Shown here: positions 34,826 through 44,503 of the stretch, one piece after another
Layout of the letters: each line of letters begins with the position of its first letter
How positions within the stretch are numbered: position 1 is the stretch's first letter
Assembly: GCA_034421095.1 (NCBI GenBank)
Contig: DAOUKR010000012.1
Location: 9,592 to 73,591, forward strand
Length of the DNA: 64,000 bases
Source: Dehalococcoidia bacterium
Lineage (GTDB): Bacteria > Chloroflexota > Dehalococcoidia > Lucifugimonadales > JAGWBF01
Reading direction: 5' to 3'
Translations under genes and position numbers: made by a program
Notes under the pieces: model-generated
Told to the model about the DNA's origin: nothing
Databases searched by the model: none
Seen by the model: the letters and a program-made list of their open reading frames with translations, nothing else

Positions 34826-35578
34826 ATGAAATTCGCAAGATACTTAGCACACGGAACGATCAGCTATGGAGTGGTAGAGGGAGACACCGTGAAGGAACTC
34901 ACGGCTCCCCCCTACGAGGAGTACGAGATCACTGACCATACCCACGGGTTGTCGGAGGTGAAACTGCTGACCCCCACCGCGCCCTCCAAGATTCTGGCCG
35001 TTGGCCTGAACTATCGCAGCCACCTGAAGTCCGACCCGCTGGAAGAGCCTCTTATATTCATCAAGACGCCCTCTTCCCTCATCGCCCACGGAGAAACGAT
35101 AGTGCGGCCCAAGGACGTGGAAACCTTCGACGAAGAAGGTGAACTGGTCATCGTAATAGGAAAGCGATGCAGGAACGTTTCCAGAGAGGACTCTTTGAAC
35201 TACGTACTGGGCTACACCTGCGGCAACGACGTGAGTGCCAGAGAGTGGCAGAGGGGCGATGGTCAGTGGTGGCGGGCCAAGTCCTCCGATACATTCTCAC
35301 CCGTGGGACCCTACATTGCCGATAATATTGATCCCAGCAATGTGACGCTCCGGGCCAGGGTCAACGGAGAGGAAGTACAATCAGAAAATACGTCCATGTT
35401 TATCTTCGACGTTCCATTTGTGGTAAGCTGGACATCCCGCCGCCAGACTCTGGAGCCTGGCGACATGATTTTCACCGGGACTCCCGGCCGTCCTGCCCAT
35501 CTGGTCTCCGGAGATACCGTCGAGGTGGAGATAGATGGCATTGGCGTATTGTCCAACCCGGTGAAGGACGAGGAGTAA
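34826..35578 (+). CDS. Fumarylacetoacetate hydrolase (FAH) family protein (paralogue 1)
   Basis: KILAVGLNYRSH...EGELVIVIGK...GYTCGNDVSAREWQ...GDMIFTGTPG is the FAH-family core. Confidence 0.87.
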   Translation: MKFARYLAHGTISYGVVEGDTVKELTAPPYEEYEITDHTHGLSEVKLLTPTAPSKILAVGLNYRSHLKSDPLEEPLIFIKTPSSLIAHGETIVRPKDVETFDEEGELVIVIGKRCRNVSREDSLNYVLGYTCGNDVSAREWQRGDGQWWRAKSSDTFSPVGPYIADNIDPSNVTLRARVNGEEVQSENTSMFIFDVPFVVSWTSRRQTLEPGDMIFTGTPGRPAHLVSGDTVEVEIDGIGVLSNPVKDEE

Positions 35579-35606
35579 AGATTCATAACATAAAGGAAGT
35601 CCACCC

Positions 35607-37055
35607 ATGACAAGTAGAAAGGCTGACGTGCTGGTCAGAGGTGGCCTGATGGTCACGGGGCAAGGTATCACCCGGCGTGACGTGCTGGTCTCCGGCGGTC
35701 TGGTTCAGGAGTTGAGCGAGGACCTCTCCGGGCGTGATGCGTCGCGGGTAATAGATGCCACGGGAAAGTACGTGCTACCGGGAGCGATAGATTCTCACTG
35801 CCATCCGGTCTATTCCGACAAGATGGACCAGTATTCCATCTGTGCTGCCTATGGAGGCGTAACCACCGTGATAGCCTTCATAGGCAATGTAAGCGCATGG
35901 GGTTATAGCGGCTACACTACCGACGTCATCAAGAGGTTCATTGAGGAGGGTGAGCAGCTCTCCTATCTGGACTTCGCCGTTCATGGCGCGTACACGGCGG
36001 CAGATGAAGATTCACTTCAACGCTCGGTGCCGGAGTTGATACGCATGGGCGTAATCTCCATGAAGGTATTTCTTGCCTACCGCCGCAGGGGTATGATGAT
36101 TTCCGAGGAGGGAATGATACAGGTAATGGACCTGGCGTCCAAAGACGGCGGCCTGGCTATGGTGCACGCAGAAAATGGTTGCTGCATTGATTACCTCGTT
36201 GACCGCCATACCGCCGAGGGTAAGACCTCGGCGGAGTGGTTCCTGCCTTCCCAGCCCAATATCCTGGAAGCGGAGGGAGTCCACAGGGCCGCTATTTTCT
36301 CCCAGATTGTTGGGTGTCCCCTGTACCCGGTGCATTTGAGCACCCACGATGCCCTGCCCCTGGTACGGGACTTTAGAGAGAAGGGACTTCCCCTCTTCAC
36401 CGAGACCTGTACTCACTACCTTACCTTGACCAACGATGAGGTACTTAAGAAGGGTGCGTTGGGCAAAGTGGGTCCTCCGTTGCGTGAGAAGGAGGATAGC
36501 GAGGCACTCTGGGTGGGCCTGGCCGATGGCACCCTTGACGTGGTGGCCAGCGACTCTGGCGGCTTCACAAAAGCACAGAAAGTATCCGGCGGCATGACCA
36601 ACACACTCTCGGATTCCTCCGGTTTGGCTGGGGAGGGCAATATCTTTGAGGCCCGCTACGGCCTCAATACCATAGAGTTCATGGTCCCGGTACTATGGAG
36701 CGAGGGAGTGAACAGGGGTCGCATTACCCTTCCCAGGCTCGTGCAGGTGTTCTGCGAGAACCCGGCCAAGATATTCGGCCTTTATCCAAAGAAAGGCGTA
36801 TTACAGCCCGGCTCTGATGCCGACCTGGTGATATGGGACCCTGGTAAGGTCCACGTTGTAGACCGTCAGCATGGGAATACAGATTTCTCCAGCTTTGAGG
36901 GTTTCGAGCTCCTTGGTATGCCTGAGCTCACCATGCAGCGGGGCGACGTGATAATGGAGAATGGGGAGATTGTGGCGAAGCAGGGTCGGGGTAGGTTCTT
37001 GCCGGGGAACCCCAATGCTGCCGCCTATGCACCAAGGGGTTACAAGATAGACTAG
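35607..37055 (+). CDS. Cyclic amidohydrolase (dihydropyrimidinase / D-hydantoinase family)
   Basis: VLPGAIDSHCHP, a carbamylated-Lys region (ISMKVFLAY), VHAEN and SDSGG, with ~480 aa length. Confidence 0.8.
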   Translation: MTSRKADVLVRGGLMVTGQGITRRDVLVSGGLVQELSEDLSGRDASRVIDATGKYVLPGAIDSHCHPVYSDKMDQYSICAAYGGVTTVIAFIGNVSAWGYSGYTTDVIKRFIEEGEQLSYLDFAVHGAYTAADEDSLQRSVPELIRMGVISMKVFLAYRRRGMMISEEGMIQVMDLASKDGGLAMVHAENGCCIDYLVDRHTAEGKTSAEWFLPSQPNILEAEGVHRAAIFSQIVGCPLYPVHLSTHDALPLVRDFREKGLPLFTETCTHYLTLTNDEVLKKGALGKVGPPLREKEDSEALWVGLADGTLDVVASDSGGFTKAQKVSGGMTNTLSDSSGLAGEGNIFEARYGLNTIEFMVPVLWSEGVNRGRITLPRLVQVFCENPAKIFGLYPKKGVLQPGSDADLVIWDPGKVHVVDRQHGNTDFSSFEGFELLGMPELTMQRGDVIMENGEIVAKQGRGRFLPGNPNAAAYAPRGYKID

Positions 37056-37057
37056 AA

Positions 37058-38083
37058 CTAAACACTCCTGAAAGGCAGACTCAAGGCAGCGCTGGCCGGG
37101 GCCAGGATCTGTTCACCGTCCTGATTCTCTACCCACAGGTCGCACTCCACCAATCCCTGACCATCCTGGATGGCCTTGCCCTTCACTTTGCCCTTGCAGG
37201 TAAGCACGTCTCCGGGGAAGGAGAAGCCTCTGTATCGGAATCCCAATCTTCTGATAGCGCTCGGGTCTCCAGTCCAGTCCGCAAGCATCTGGGCCAGATA
37301 TGCGCCCAGCATCTGCCCATCCACGAAGGGTCTCGGAAACCCGTTCTTGCTGACCCGCTCGTAGTCGTAGTGGTAGCGGTGAAAGTCCCAGGTGGACGCA
37401 GAATAGAATACCATCCTTGGCATATTGATAGCCTTGGACAGCTCAGGAATCTCGTCCCCTTCGTTCACGTCCTCGTGGTACAGGGCGGTCTCCAGCCTCC
37501 GTACATCCCTTTCAGGCTCATCAAAGTCCGGGTCCGGGTTATTCGTACCAGCGCCGGGCCTCATGCCGCCCTCTGCCTCGGAACCTGAAGCCCGGAATAT
37601 GGTGGTCTCCTTGTTGACGGCTATAATCTCGTCCCGATGGTTGGAGAAGGTGACCTCAACGACCAGAAAGATTAGCTTTCCACTCCTGGCTTCCCTCTCC
37701 CGAATATCCGCTATCCTGTACCGGGCTGTGACTGTGTCGTCGGGTCGCATGGGCTGGAGAAAGGTATATTCGTTCTCTCCCCTTATCTCCAGTCCAAGGT
37801 GCAAAGTTGGACGCTTTGATGGAGTCCCTATCTCGTCAAGCCCCCCCGTGAAATACTGCCACGTTTCGCATATAAGGGTCGGGGGGGCTATAATGCTTCC
37901 GTATTTGCTATTGCTGGCGTATTCCGCGTCTAGGTACAGGGGGTTGTGGTCTCCAATTGCCATGGCAAACTTGCGTATTGATGCCCTGCTAATCTCTTCG
38001 GGAGAGGTAAAGACCCATTCCTTGCCCACGAGTGCTTGAATGTCCGGTGTCAATGCTGACGATTCCTGAGTAGTCATCACCAC
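37058..38083 (-). CDS. Double hot-dog MaoC-like dehydratase/hydratase
   Basis: N-terminal MaoC-N/FAS1-DH-like domain (IRKFAMAIGDHNPLYLD...IAPPT) and a C-terminal MaoC-like hot-dog (...GDVLTCKGKV...). Confidence 0.7.
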   Translation of the reverse strand: MVMTTQESSALTPDIQALVGKEWVFTSPEEISRASIRKFAMAIGDHNPLYLDAEYASNSKYGSIIAPPTLICETWQYFTGGLDEIGTPSKRPTLHLGLEIRGENEYTFLQPMRPDDTVTARYRIADIREREARSGKLIFLVVEVTFSNHRDEIIAVNKETTIFRASGSEAEGGMRPGAGTNNPDPDFDEPERDVRRLETALYHEDVNEGDEIPELSKAINMPRMVFYSASTWDFHRYHYDYERVSKNGFPRPFVDGQMLGAYLAQMLADWTGDPSAIRRLGFRYRGFSFPGDVLTCKGKVKGKAIQDGQGLVECDLWVENQDGEQILAPASAALSLPFRSV

Positions 38084-38135
38084 TCCTTCCCGGGCTCTGC
38101 TCCTTGTGTGACCCTAAGCGCCGTTGCTCGGTATA

Positions 38136-39431
38136 TCAATCCAGGATAGCTATGGCATCCACGTATATCAGGAGGCCCGGCGAGGGCACCGAGTTGACCA
38201 CCACTCCGGTGGCAGCCGGAAATGTGGTCCCAAACAACTCTTTTCGCAGGTCTCCCACCGCCCGGTAGTTGTCCAGTCCCTGGGGGGTGACGTACTCAGT
38301 GGTCTTGCAGATGTCGTTCAGGGTGCCCCCGGCAGCCTCTACCACCTCGCGAATGTTTGCATAGGCTTGTCTGCACTGGGCAATTACGTCGTCCCCACCC
38401 ACGATGGCCCCCGTCCGAGGGTCAATGGCAGTCTGGCCTGATATGAAGAGATATTTGCCATTTCTGACCCCTGCTGGACACGGCAGACCGCTGCGGTGCC
38501 CAGCCCACCCGGACACCTGGACTTCCTGGCGCTGGCCACCCGTGACGGCCATGCTGTCTATCTCCAGCAGGGCCTCCGGCCGTAAGAGGCTATTCATAAC
38601 TATGCCGCTGGAGGCCGGGAGCACACCCTGGGAGAACCGTTGCCGGACTTCGGCGGTAGAGGCATAGCCGGACACACAGTCCGGCGTGATGTAGTCCATG
38701 GTTTTCACGAGGTCAGCGGGACTCGCTCCTGCTGCTTCAAGTACCGGCCTCATAGTATCGTATATGGCTGCCGTCTGTTCAGCGGCGGTGCTTCGTGCCC
38801 GCTCCTCTCCTGACCCCGAGTAGTCGAAGGTCCCTATCATGCCCGAGAGGCACAGGAGGTCTCCCGCTCTGACGCCAGGCTGGTAGGTCAATCGGTCATA
38901 GCGTGCCCAGCCGGGGTTTATGAACTCTTTCTCCTCATCCAGCACGGCAATTGCGTCTACCTCAATAAGGGCATCCGGGCGCAACAGTCGCTCTACCATG
39001 ATACCCGTAGCGACGGGCCAGCTGCCATCGAAATACTCCTGGCGGACCGCTCCGGTGCCTCTGTAGTCGGCCAGACCTGCAGGGTTAACATAATCAACTG
39101 TCCTGACAACATTCTTGAAGCTGCCTCCGGCGGCCTCCAGCACCCGCTTGATTTTCTCGTAGGCTATGCGGGTTTGCTCCACTATGCCACCTTTGCACAC
39201 CACCCGATTCAGTGCCGGGTCGTATTCGCTGGCCGTCTCTCCGGACAGGAAAAGGACCCCCTTCTTCTCCACTCCCATGGAGAAAGTGTATCGCTTGTAG
39301 TCCAGCCAGGGGAAATCATCGGGTTCAATTATTCGCTTCTCGCTCACGTACGTCCTCCCGGTGCGCGGTGGGTATAAGCCAGGGATTCGGCTCTTTGACA
39401 CGCCTGCAGCTATGGGAAATGCCGTGTCCAC
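38136..39431 (-). CDS. Triple tandem RidA/YjgF/L-PSP domain protein
   Basis: There are three internal repeats of ~130 aa. Each ends with a RidA-like C-terminal strand: VDYVNP...ALIEVDAIAV, MDYITP...ALLEIDSMAV, TEYVTP...LLIYVDAIAI. Confidence 0.8.
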   Translation of the reverse strand: MDTAFPIAAGVSKSRIPGLYPPRTGRTYVSEKRIIEPDDFPWLDYKRYTFSMGVEKKGVLFLSGETASEYDPALNRVVCKGGIVEQTRIAYEKIKRVLEAAGGSFKNVVRTVDYVNPAGLADYRGTGAVRQEYFDGSWPVATGIMVERLLRPDALIEVDAIAVLDEEKEFINPGWARYDRLTYQPGVRAGDLLCLSGMIGTFDYSGSGEERARSTAAEQTAAIYDTMRPVLEAAGASPADLVKTMDYITPDCVSGYASTAEVRQRFSQGVLPASSGIVMNSLLRPEALLEIDSMAVTGGQRQEVQVSGWAGHRSGLPCPAGVRNGKYLFISGQTAIDPRTGAIVGGDDVIAQCRQAYANIREVVEAAGGTLNDICKTTEYVTPQGLDNYRAVGDLRKELFGTTFPAATGVVVNSVPSPGLLIYVDAIAILD

Positions 39432-39552
39432 TATACCATAGGACTAACGGCGGTACAATTTCTCCCGTCGGTTGCGGTCAGCCAACGGTATAAAGGTATA
39501 CATGACCTCAATGCGGTGGCATAATGTGTGCAGCATCATAAGGGAGTATGTA

Positions 39553-40485
39553 ATGCGAATATGTTCCTTCCTGCCAAGTGCTACGGAAATCGTCTATGCT
39601 CTCGGCTTGGGTGGCCAACTTTACGGAGTCAGCCACGAGTGTGACCATCCATCCGACGCCCGGAAGCTGCCCAGGGTGGTGCATAGCATCTTTGAGGACC
39701 GCCAATACTCCAGCGCCGAAATACACGCGATTATCGAAGAGCGTCTGAGGGAGGGTAAGGGCATCTACGACATAGATGAGGATGTCCTCAGGGGGGCTGC
39801 GCCGGACTTGGTGCTGACCCAGGAGCTGTGCGCTGAGTGAGCCTTGACTGCGCAGCAGGTTGCTGACGCTACGGAAAAGCTACCCAAGAGACCTGAAATC
39901 GTATCCCTGGACCCGACCTCGCTGAAAGACGTGTTCGACGACATCCTGCGAGTGGGCCGGCTGACGGGCGCTGAGGACTCCGCCGAACGCTTCGTGACCT
40001 CTCTCAAGGGTAGGGTTGACTCAGTGGTGGACAGAGCGTCACTGGCGGCCAGCAGACCCAGGGTAGCCTGCCTGGAGTGGATAGAGCCTGTCCTGGTTGC
40101 CGGCCACTGGGTACCGGAGATTGTGGACATGGCAGGCGGCGAGGACTGTCTTGGGGATAGAGATAAGCCCTCCTTCAGAGTAGAGTGGCAGCAGGTCCTG
40201 GAGCAACGCCCTGACGTAATCGTGGTCACGCCGTGCGGCTTTGATGTGAGGCGAGGTCTGCAGGAGGTTGGTCAGCTGACATCACAGGAGGGTTGGAAAT
40301 CCTTGCCCGCGGCACAAAGGGGGCAGGTGTACGTTGTGGACGCCAGTTCCTACTTTAGCCGTTCGGGTCCCAGGTTGGTGGACGGGCTGGAGATGATGGC
40401 TGAGATAATCCACCCGGAGATATTCTCGGGTATGGTTCCGTCGGAAGGTGCTTCTCGCATTTACCGGGACTCTTTTGTGGCCTGA
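39553..40485 (+). CDS. Cytoplasmic BtuF/TroA-like (helical-backbone periplasmic-binding-fold) protein interrupted by one in-frame TGA at 39838-39840 (candidate Sec codon, or a pseudogene)
   Basis: MRICSFLPSATEIVYALGLGGQLYGVSHECDHP...PDLVLTQELCAE[TGA]ALTAQQV...CLEWIEPVLVAGHWVPEIVDMAGGE...PCGF...SYFSRSGPRLVDGLE reads as one continuous family member across the stop. AAGGGAG RBS before the ATG at 39553. Confidence 0.6.
39850..39869 (+). promoter_or_regulatory. Hairpin 9 nt downstream of the in-frame TGA (bacterial SECIS candidate)
   Basis: GCG-CAGCA-GGT-TGCTG-A-CGC gives 8 bp with one bulged A and an apical GGU loop. The loop starts 18 nt after the TGA. Confidence 0.35.
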
Positions 40486-40493
40486 ATGGTTGA

Positions 40494-41228
40494 CTAGTTA
40501 AGTCTGGCTCCTTTGTAGGGGCTTCGCCTGATTAATTCTTCCTTAATTCTCTGGTTTGCACCTTCCAGGAGCGGTATCTCGTACTGTAGGCGTTCCCCAA
40601 TGAATGGCAACTCTAAAAGGCGCTGCTTGGCCCGGGAGGGTAGCTCAAGGTACTGAGCTATGGAATATGATAGTCTCCCTGCATCCGCAGGAATAACGTC
40701 CTGGCGTGACCACCCTCCCTGAAGACCGGACAGGTTTCTCAGATATTCCACAAATAGCTCTCCGGATTTCTCCAGAACACCTTCGTCCAGGTCCCCCGTC
40801 TCCTCGGGCAGGAATTGTACCCTTCCTTTGAGGTAAGGGGCCTGGTGGAGCGTTTCTACTATGCGAAAACGCCTTTCCCCAACGGTGGCAAGGTTCATGC
40901 GTCCTTCTTCAAGACGCTCCACTTTGGTGATGCGAGCGGTTGTGCCGGTCAGGTAAGGACTCGCCGGTCCGCCCACCTCCATTCCTTCCCGAATCATCAC
41001 GACGCCGAAAGGCTCGCCGGCCTCCAGGCACTCGCCAATCATCAGCTTGTACCGCTCCTCGAAGATATGCAGGGGCATCTGCATCCCCGGGAAGAGGACC
41101 ACATTCAATGGGAACAACCTGATCTCTTCAATTGTCTCGTCATCCTGCGGTTGGCGACCTTCCATTTCGGTGAAAAGTATAGTACCAGGAACCCCAAAAC
41201 TCAAGCCTTCACATACGTTGTGGTACAA
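40494..41228 (-). CDS. LON N-terminal (substrate-binding) domain protein
   Basis: IRLFPLNVVLFPGMQMPLHIFEERYKLMI is the classic Lon N-domain start. The start codon is uncertain (TTG at 41228 or ATG at 41165). Confidence 0.8.
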   Translation of the reverse strand: MYHNVCEGLSFGVPGTILFTEMEGRQPQDDETIEEIRLFPLNVVLFPGMQMPLHIFEERYKLMIGECLEAGEPFGVVMIREGMEVGGPASPYLTGTTARITKVERLEEGRMNLATVGERRFRIVETLHQAPYLKGRVQFLPEETGDLDEGVLEKSGELFVEYLRNLSGLQGGWSRQDVIPADAGRLSYSIAQYLELPSRAKQRLLELPFIGERLQYEIPLLEGANQRIKEELIRRSPYKGARLN

Positions 41229-41266
41229 TAACCAGCGTATACTTGGAGATGGTTCAGGAGGTAGCT

Positions 41267-42442
41267 ATGACAAACAACTTGGCTCAAGACGTGGTCGCGC
41301 TGAGTGACCAGCTCGTCGCCACAAGACGGGACTTTCATCAGCACCCGGAACTGTCTTTTCAAGAGTGGCGCACCGGCGAAATCGTCGGAAACAGGCTTGA
41401 TGACCTGGGCTGGAAGGTCAAACGAGGTGTGGCTGAGACCGGAGTGGTGGGCCTCCTGGAAGGAAGCGGACCCGGCAAGACGGTGCTGCTGCGAGTAGAC
41501 ATAGACGCTCTGCCAATTCAGGAACCGAAGGACAGGCCGTATTCCTCCCTGGTGGACGGCGTTATGCACGCCTGCGGACACGATGGACATACGGCTGTGG
41601 GTATGGCCGTGGCTGAGCTTCTCAGTCGTTACAAAGACTCGATAAAAGGCCAGATTAAGCTGGCCTTCCAACCGGCTGAGGAAATCATGAGTGGGGCCAT
41701 CAAGATGATAGAAGAGGGGGTGATGAAGGACCCTGACGTTGACAGGGTGCTGAGCTTCCATCTATGGAGTGGCTTGCCCGTCGGACAAGTGGTGTCTCAA
41801 GCGGGGCCGATTTTCTCCAGCGCAGACGAAATAAGAATCACGGCAAAGGGCAAGGGGGGGCATGGCGGGATGCCCCATCTTTCGGTAGACCCCATCATCA
41901 TAGCCAGTCACATTGTCACATCACTCCAGACTATCTTGAGCCGCGAAATTGCCCCAACCCAGACTGCCGTTCTTGGGTTTGGAACGGTACACGGTGGTAC
42001 AGCCTTCAACGTTGTGTCCGATCAGGTGGAGTTGAGCGGCACTATAAGAACGCTGGATGACTCGGTGCGGGAGTTCGTGTTGAAGCGCGCCGAAGAGATT
42101 GCATCGGCCGTGGCGAAGGGACTGCGAGGAGATGCCGAGTTCAAGCACGTGAGGGGTGCTCCTGCGGTCGTGAACGATGAATCGGTGGCCAGGCTTGTGG
42201 CGGAGGTAGCTGCCCCCATAGTTGGAGAGGAAAATGTGGTGAACATGCCGCCCCCGCAAGTGGGTGACGACGCTACCTTCTTCTTGCGGGAAGCCCCGGG
42301 GTGTTACTTCCTGGTGGGCTGTGCAAATTCCGAAAGGGGGATAACTGCATCCCACCACAACGCCCAGTTTGACATAGATGAAGATTCTCTCCCAATAGCC
42401 ACTCGTATCCTAACCGAGGCCACGTTGCGGTACGTGTCGTAG
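41267..42442 (+). CDS. M20 family metallo-amidohydrolase (N-acyl-amino-acid amidohydrolase / hippuricase-like)
   Basis: RRDFHQHPELSFQEWRT...LLRVDIDALP...HACGHDGH. The start is set at 41267, behind a CAGGAGG RBS. Confidence 0.87.
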   Translation: MTNNLAQDVVALSDQLVATRRDFHQHPELSFQEWRTGEIVGNRLDDLGWKVKRGVAETGVVGLLEGSGPGKTVLLRVDIDALPIQEPKDRPYSSLVDGVMHACGHDGHTAVGMAVAELLSRYKDSIKGQIKLAFQPAEEIMSGAIKMIEEGVMKDPDVDRVLSFHLWSGLPVGQVVSQAGPIFSSADEIRITAKGKGGHGGMPHLSVDPIIIASHIVTSLQTILSREIAPTQTAVLGFGTVHGGTAFNVVSDQVELSGTIRTLDDSVREFVLKRAEEIASAVAKGLRGDAEFKHVRGAPAVVNDESVARLVAEVAAPIVGEENVVNMPPPQVGDDATFFLREAPGCYFLVGCANSERGITASHHNAQFDIDEDSLPIATRILTEATLRYVS

Positions 42443-42478
42443 CGTGATTTGCTCAGGCAGAGGCGCATAACATAACAG

Positions 42479-43273
42479 CTATGTGTCTCTATCCTCGGCC
42501 CTCACGAAATTTCGCAAGATTCCTATGCCACTTATATCCACCTCCACCATGTCCCTGGGTTTCATGGCGGTGGTGGTGCCCGTGGCCCCGGAAAATATAA
42601 GGTCTCCAGGGTAAAGAGTCACATTCTGGCTTATGTGGCTAATTATTCCTGCGAAATCATGTATCATGTCTGAGGTATGGGACCTCTGGACTTCCTGGCC
42701 GTTTAGTCTGACCACCATATCCAGGTCCGAGGGGTCCACGTTGGTCTCAATCCAGGGGCCTACCGGGGCAAACGTATCTGCCCCTTTGGCCCTCCAGAAT
42801 GTCCAGTCGTCCCGTTGCCACGTCCTTTCGCTGACGTCGTTGCCGCAGGAATAACCGAGGACGTACCTCATGGCTTCCTTTGGGGTTACCCTGCGGCAAA
42901 CCTTGCTTATCACTGCCACCATTTCCCCTTCATAGTGGACGTCTCCGCTGGAGTCCCTAGGTATGACTATATAGTCATCATGGCCGATTAGTGCGTTCCT
43001 ACCCTTGTGCCAGGGCTCCGGGCATCCGGTTCCAGGCGTCTTATCCTCGCCGAGCACCGTGCCGGCGAACTCCCGGTGATTGTCGAAGTTCAAGCCGGGG
43101 CACCATATTTGGAGGGGGTCAGTAGGGGGCAAAAGCTTTATGTCCGCAATTTTGTATCTGGTATCGGTAATCCTGAACCTGGTGAATATACTTCCTCGTA
43201 TCTCTGCAATCTCATCCTGGTCTACGACTCCATACGCAGTCCGTCTACCGTCACGGAATCGTGCTATCTTCAA
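42479..43273 (-). CDS. FAH family protein (paralogue 2)
   Basis: (M)KIARFRDG...GLNFDNH...EGEMVAVISK...GYSCGNDVSERTWQ...GDLIFSGATG. TTG start at 43273 with a GGGGAGG RBS. Confidence 0.85.
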   Translation of the reverse strand: MKIARFRDGRRTAYGVVDQDEIAEIRGSIFTRFRITDTRYKIADIKLLPPTDPLQIWCPGLNFDNHREFAGTVLGEDKTPGTGCPEPWHKGRNALIGHDDYIVIPRDSSGDVHYEGEMVAVISKVCRRVTPKEAMRYVLGYSCGNDVSERTWQRDDWTFWRAKGADTFAPVGPWIETNVDPSDLDMVVRLNGQEVQRSHTSDMIHDFAGIISHISQNVTLYPGDLIFSGATGTTTAMKPRDMVEVDISGIGILRNFVRAEDRDT

Positions 43274-43417
43274 CCCACACCTCCCCTCTCTTATAAGAAC
43301 CCTGTGGAGAATTTTAGCCGGCAAACTCTTCCTTAGCAAGTCCGATATTGTTCTTCCAGGCGACCTGACTTACAATTAGCGTAGCTTCATTTCTTAGTCG
43401 GTTGTCAGGAGGTCAAT

Positions 43418-44425
43418 GTGAAACTGGGTTTATTCACCAACAGTCAATACACTTCCAACGAGTCCATGGACAGGAAGATTGGAGAAAGTGTCGAGCAGGT
43501 GGGAATGGCAAGGGAGGCGGGCTTTGACTTGATATGTGCCGGCCAACACTACCTGGCTTCACCCTATCAAATGCCCACGTGCTTCCCGTTCCTCGCTCGC
43601 TTGGCGGCGGAAGCAGGAGAAATGCAAGTGGCCGCGTCCATTATCCTTGTTCCTTTACATAACCCGGTTGAGATGGCCGAGACGGTCGCCACTCTGGACG
43701 CTATCTGTTCTGGCCGGTTCATCTTCGGCGTCGGACTGGGCTATCGGGAAGATGAGTACGCTGCATTCGGCGTAAGACGGCGGGAAAGAGTGCCCCGGCT
43801 CCTGGAGTCCCTTGAGGTCATGAAGCTCCTCTGGACAGAGGACGAGGTGGAGTATCAGGGCAGCTTTTACCACGTGCCGAAGGTCAATCCGACCTGCCGT
43901 CCGATTCAAAAACCATATCCCCCTATATGGGTAGCTGCAAATCACGACACGGCAATAAAACGAGCTGCCCAGATGGGTTATCCATGGTACATCAACCCCC
44001 ACGCTACGGTGACCATGGTCGAAAACCAGATGGGCCTTTACAAGGATGCGCTCAACGAATCCGGCAATGCTCTGCCCGATGACATGCCTATGATGCGGGA
44101 GCTATATGTGGCAGAGGACCGGGAAGTAGCCTTCTACGAAAGCCGCTCCTACCTGGAAAGCAAGTACCAGGCTTATGCCAAGTGGGGACAGGACAAGGCT
44201 CTCCCCGGCAACGAGGACTTCTCAGTACCCTTTGAGGAGCTTTCCAGGGACCGTTTCCTCATTGGCACTCCCGATGACGTGGTCACGGAGATAAAGCGGT
44301 ACGAGAGCAGGTTGGGAATCAACAATATGGTTTTCAGGATGCAGTGGCCCGGTATGGAACATGAAAAGGTGATGAAGCAGCTGGACCTTATCGCCCGGCA
44401 TGTGATACCACAAATCAACAGGTAG
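43418..44425 (+). CDS. LLM-class (luciferase-like) flavin-dependent oxidoreductase (paralogue 1)
   Basis: Typical LLM layout (...FDLICAGQHY...GRFIFGVGLGYRE.EY..FG...). GTG start with a GGAGG RBS. Confidence 0.85.
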   Translation: MKLGLFTNSQYTSNESMDRKIGESVEQVGMAREAGFDLICAGQHYLASPYQMPTCFPFLARLAAEAGEMQVAASIILVPLHNPVEMAETVATLDAICSGRFIFGVGLGYREDEYAAFGVRRRERVPRLLESLEVMKLLWTEDEVEYQGSFYHVPKVNPTCRPIQKPYPPIWVAANHDTAIKRAAQMGYPWYINPHATVTMVENQMGLYKDALNESGNALPDDMPMMRELYVAEDREVAFYESRSYLESKYQAYAKWGQDKALPGNEDFSVPFEELSRDRFLIGTPDDVVTEIKRYESRLGINNMVFRMQWPGMEHEKVMKQLDLIARHVIPQINR

Positions 44426-44503
44426 AGTGAGAGTTGAGACTTGGCCCTTCAGGTGGTAAAATCCCTTTAAGGGACACACTCCCACCGGAATTCCTCTCCA
44501 CAC

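Noticed and set aside
39432-39552. A cobalamin riboswitch was considered upstream of the BtuF-like gene.
   Set aside because: The region is only ~120 nt and lacks a B12-box-like consensus or the conserved multi-stem core, as far as I can see by eye.
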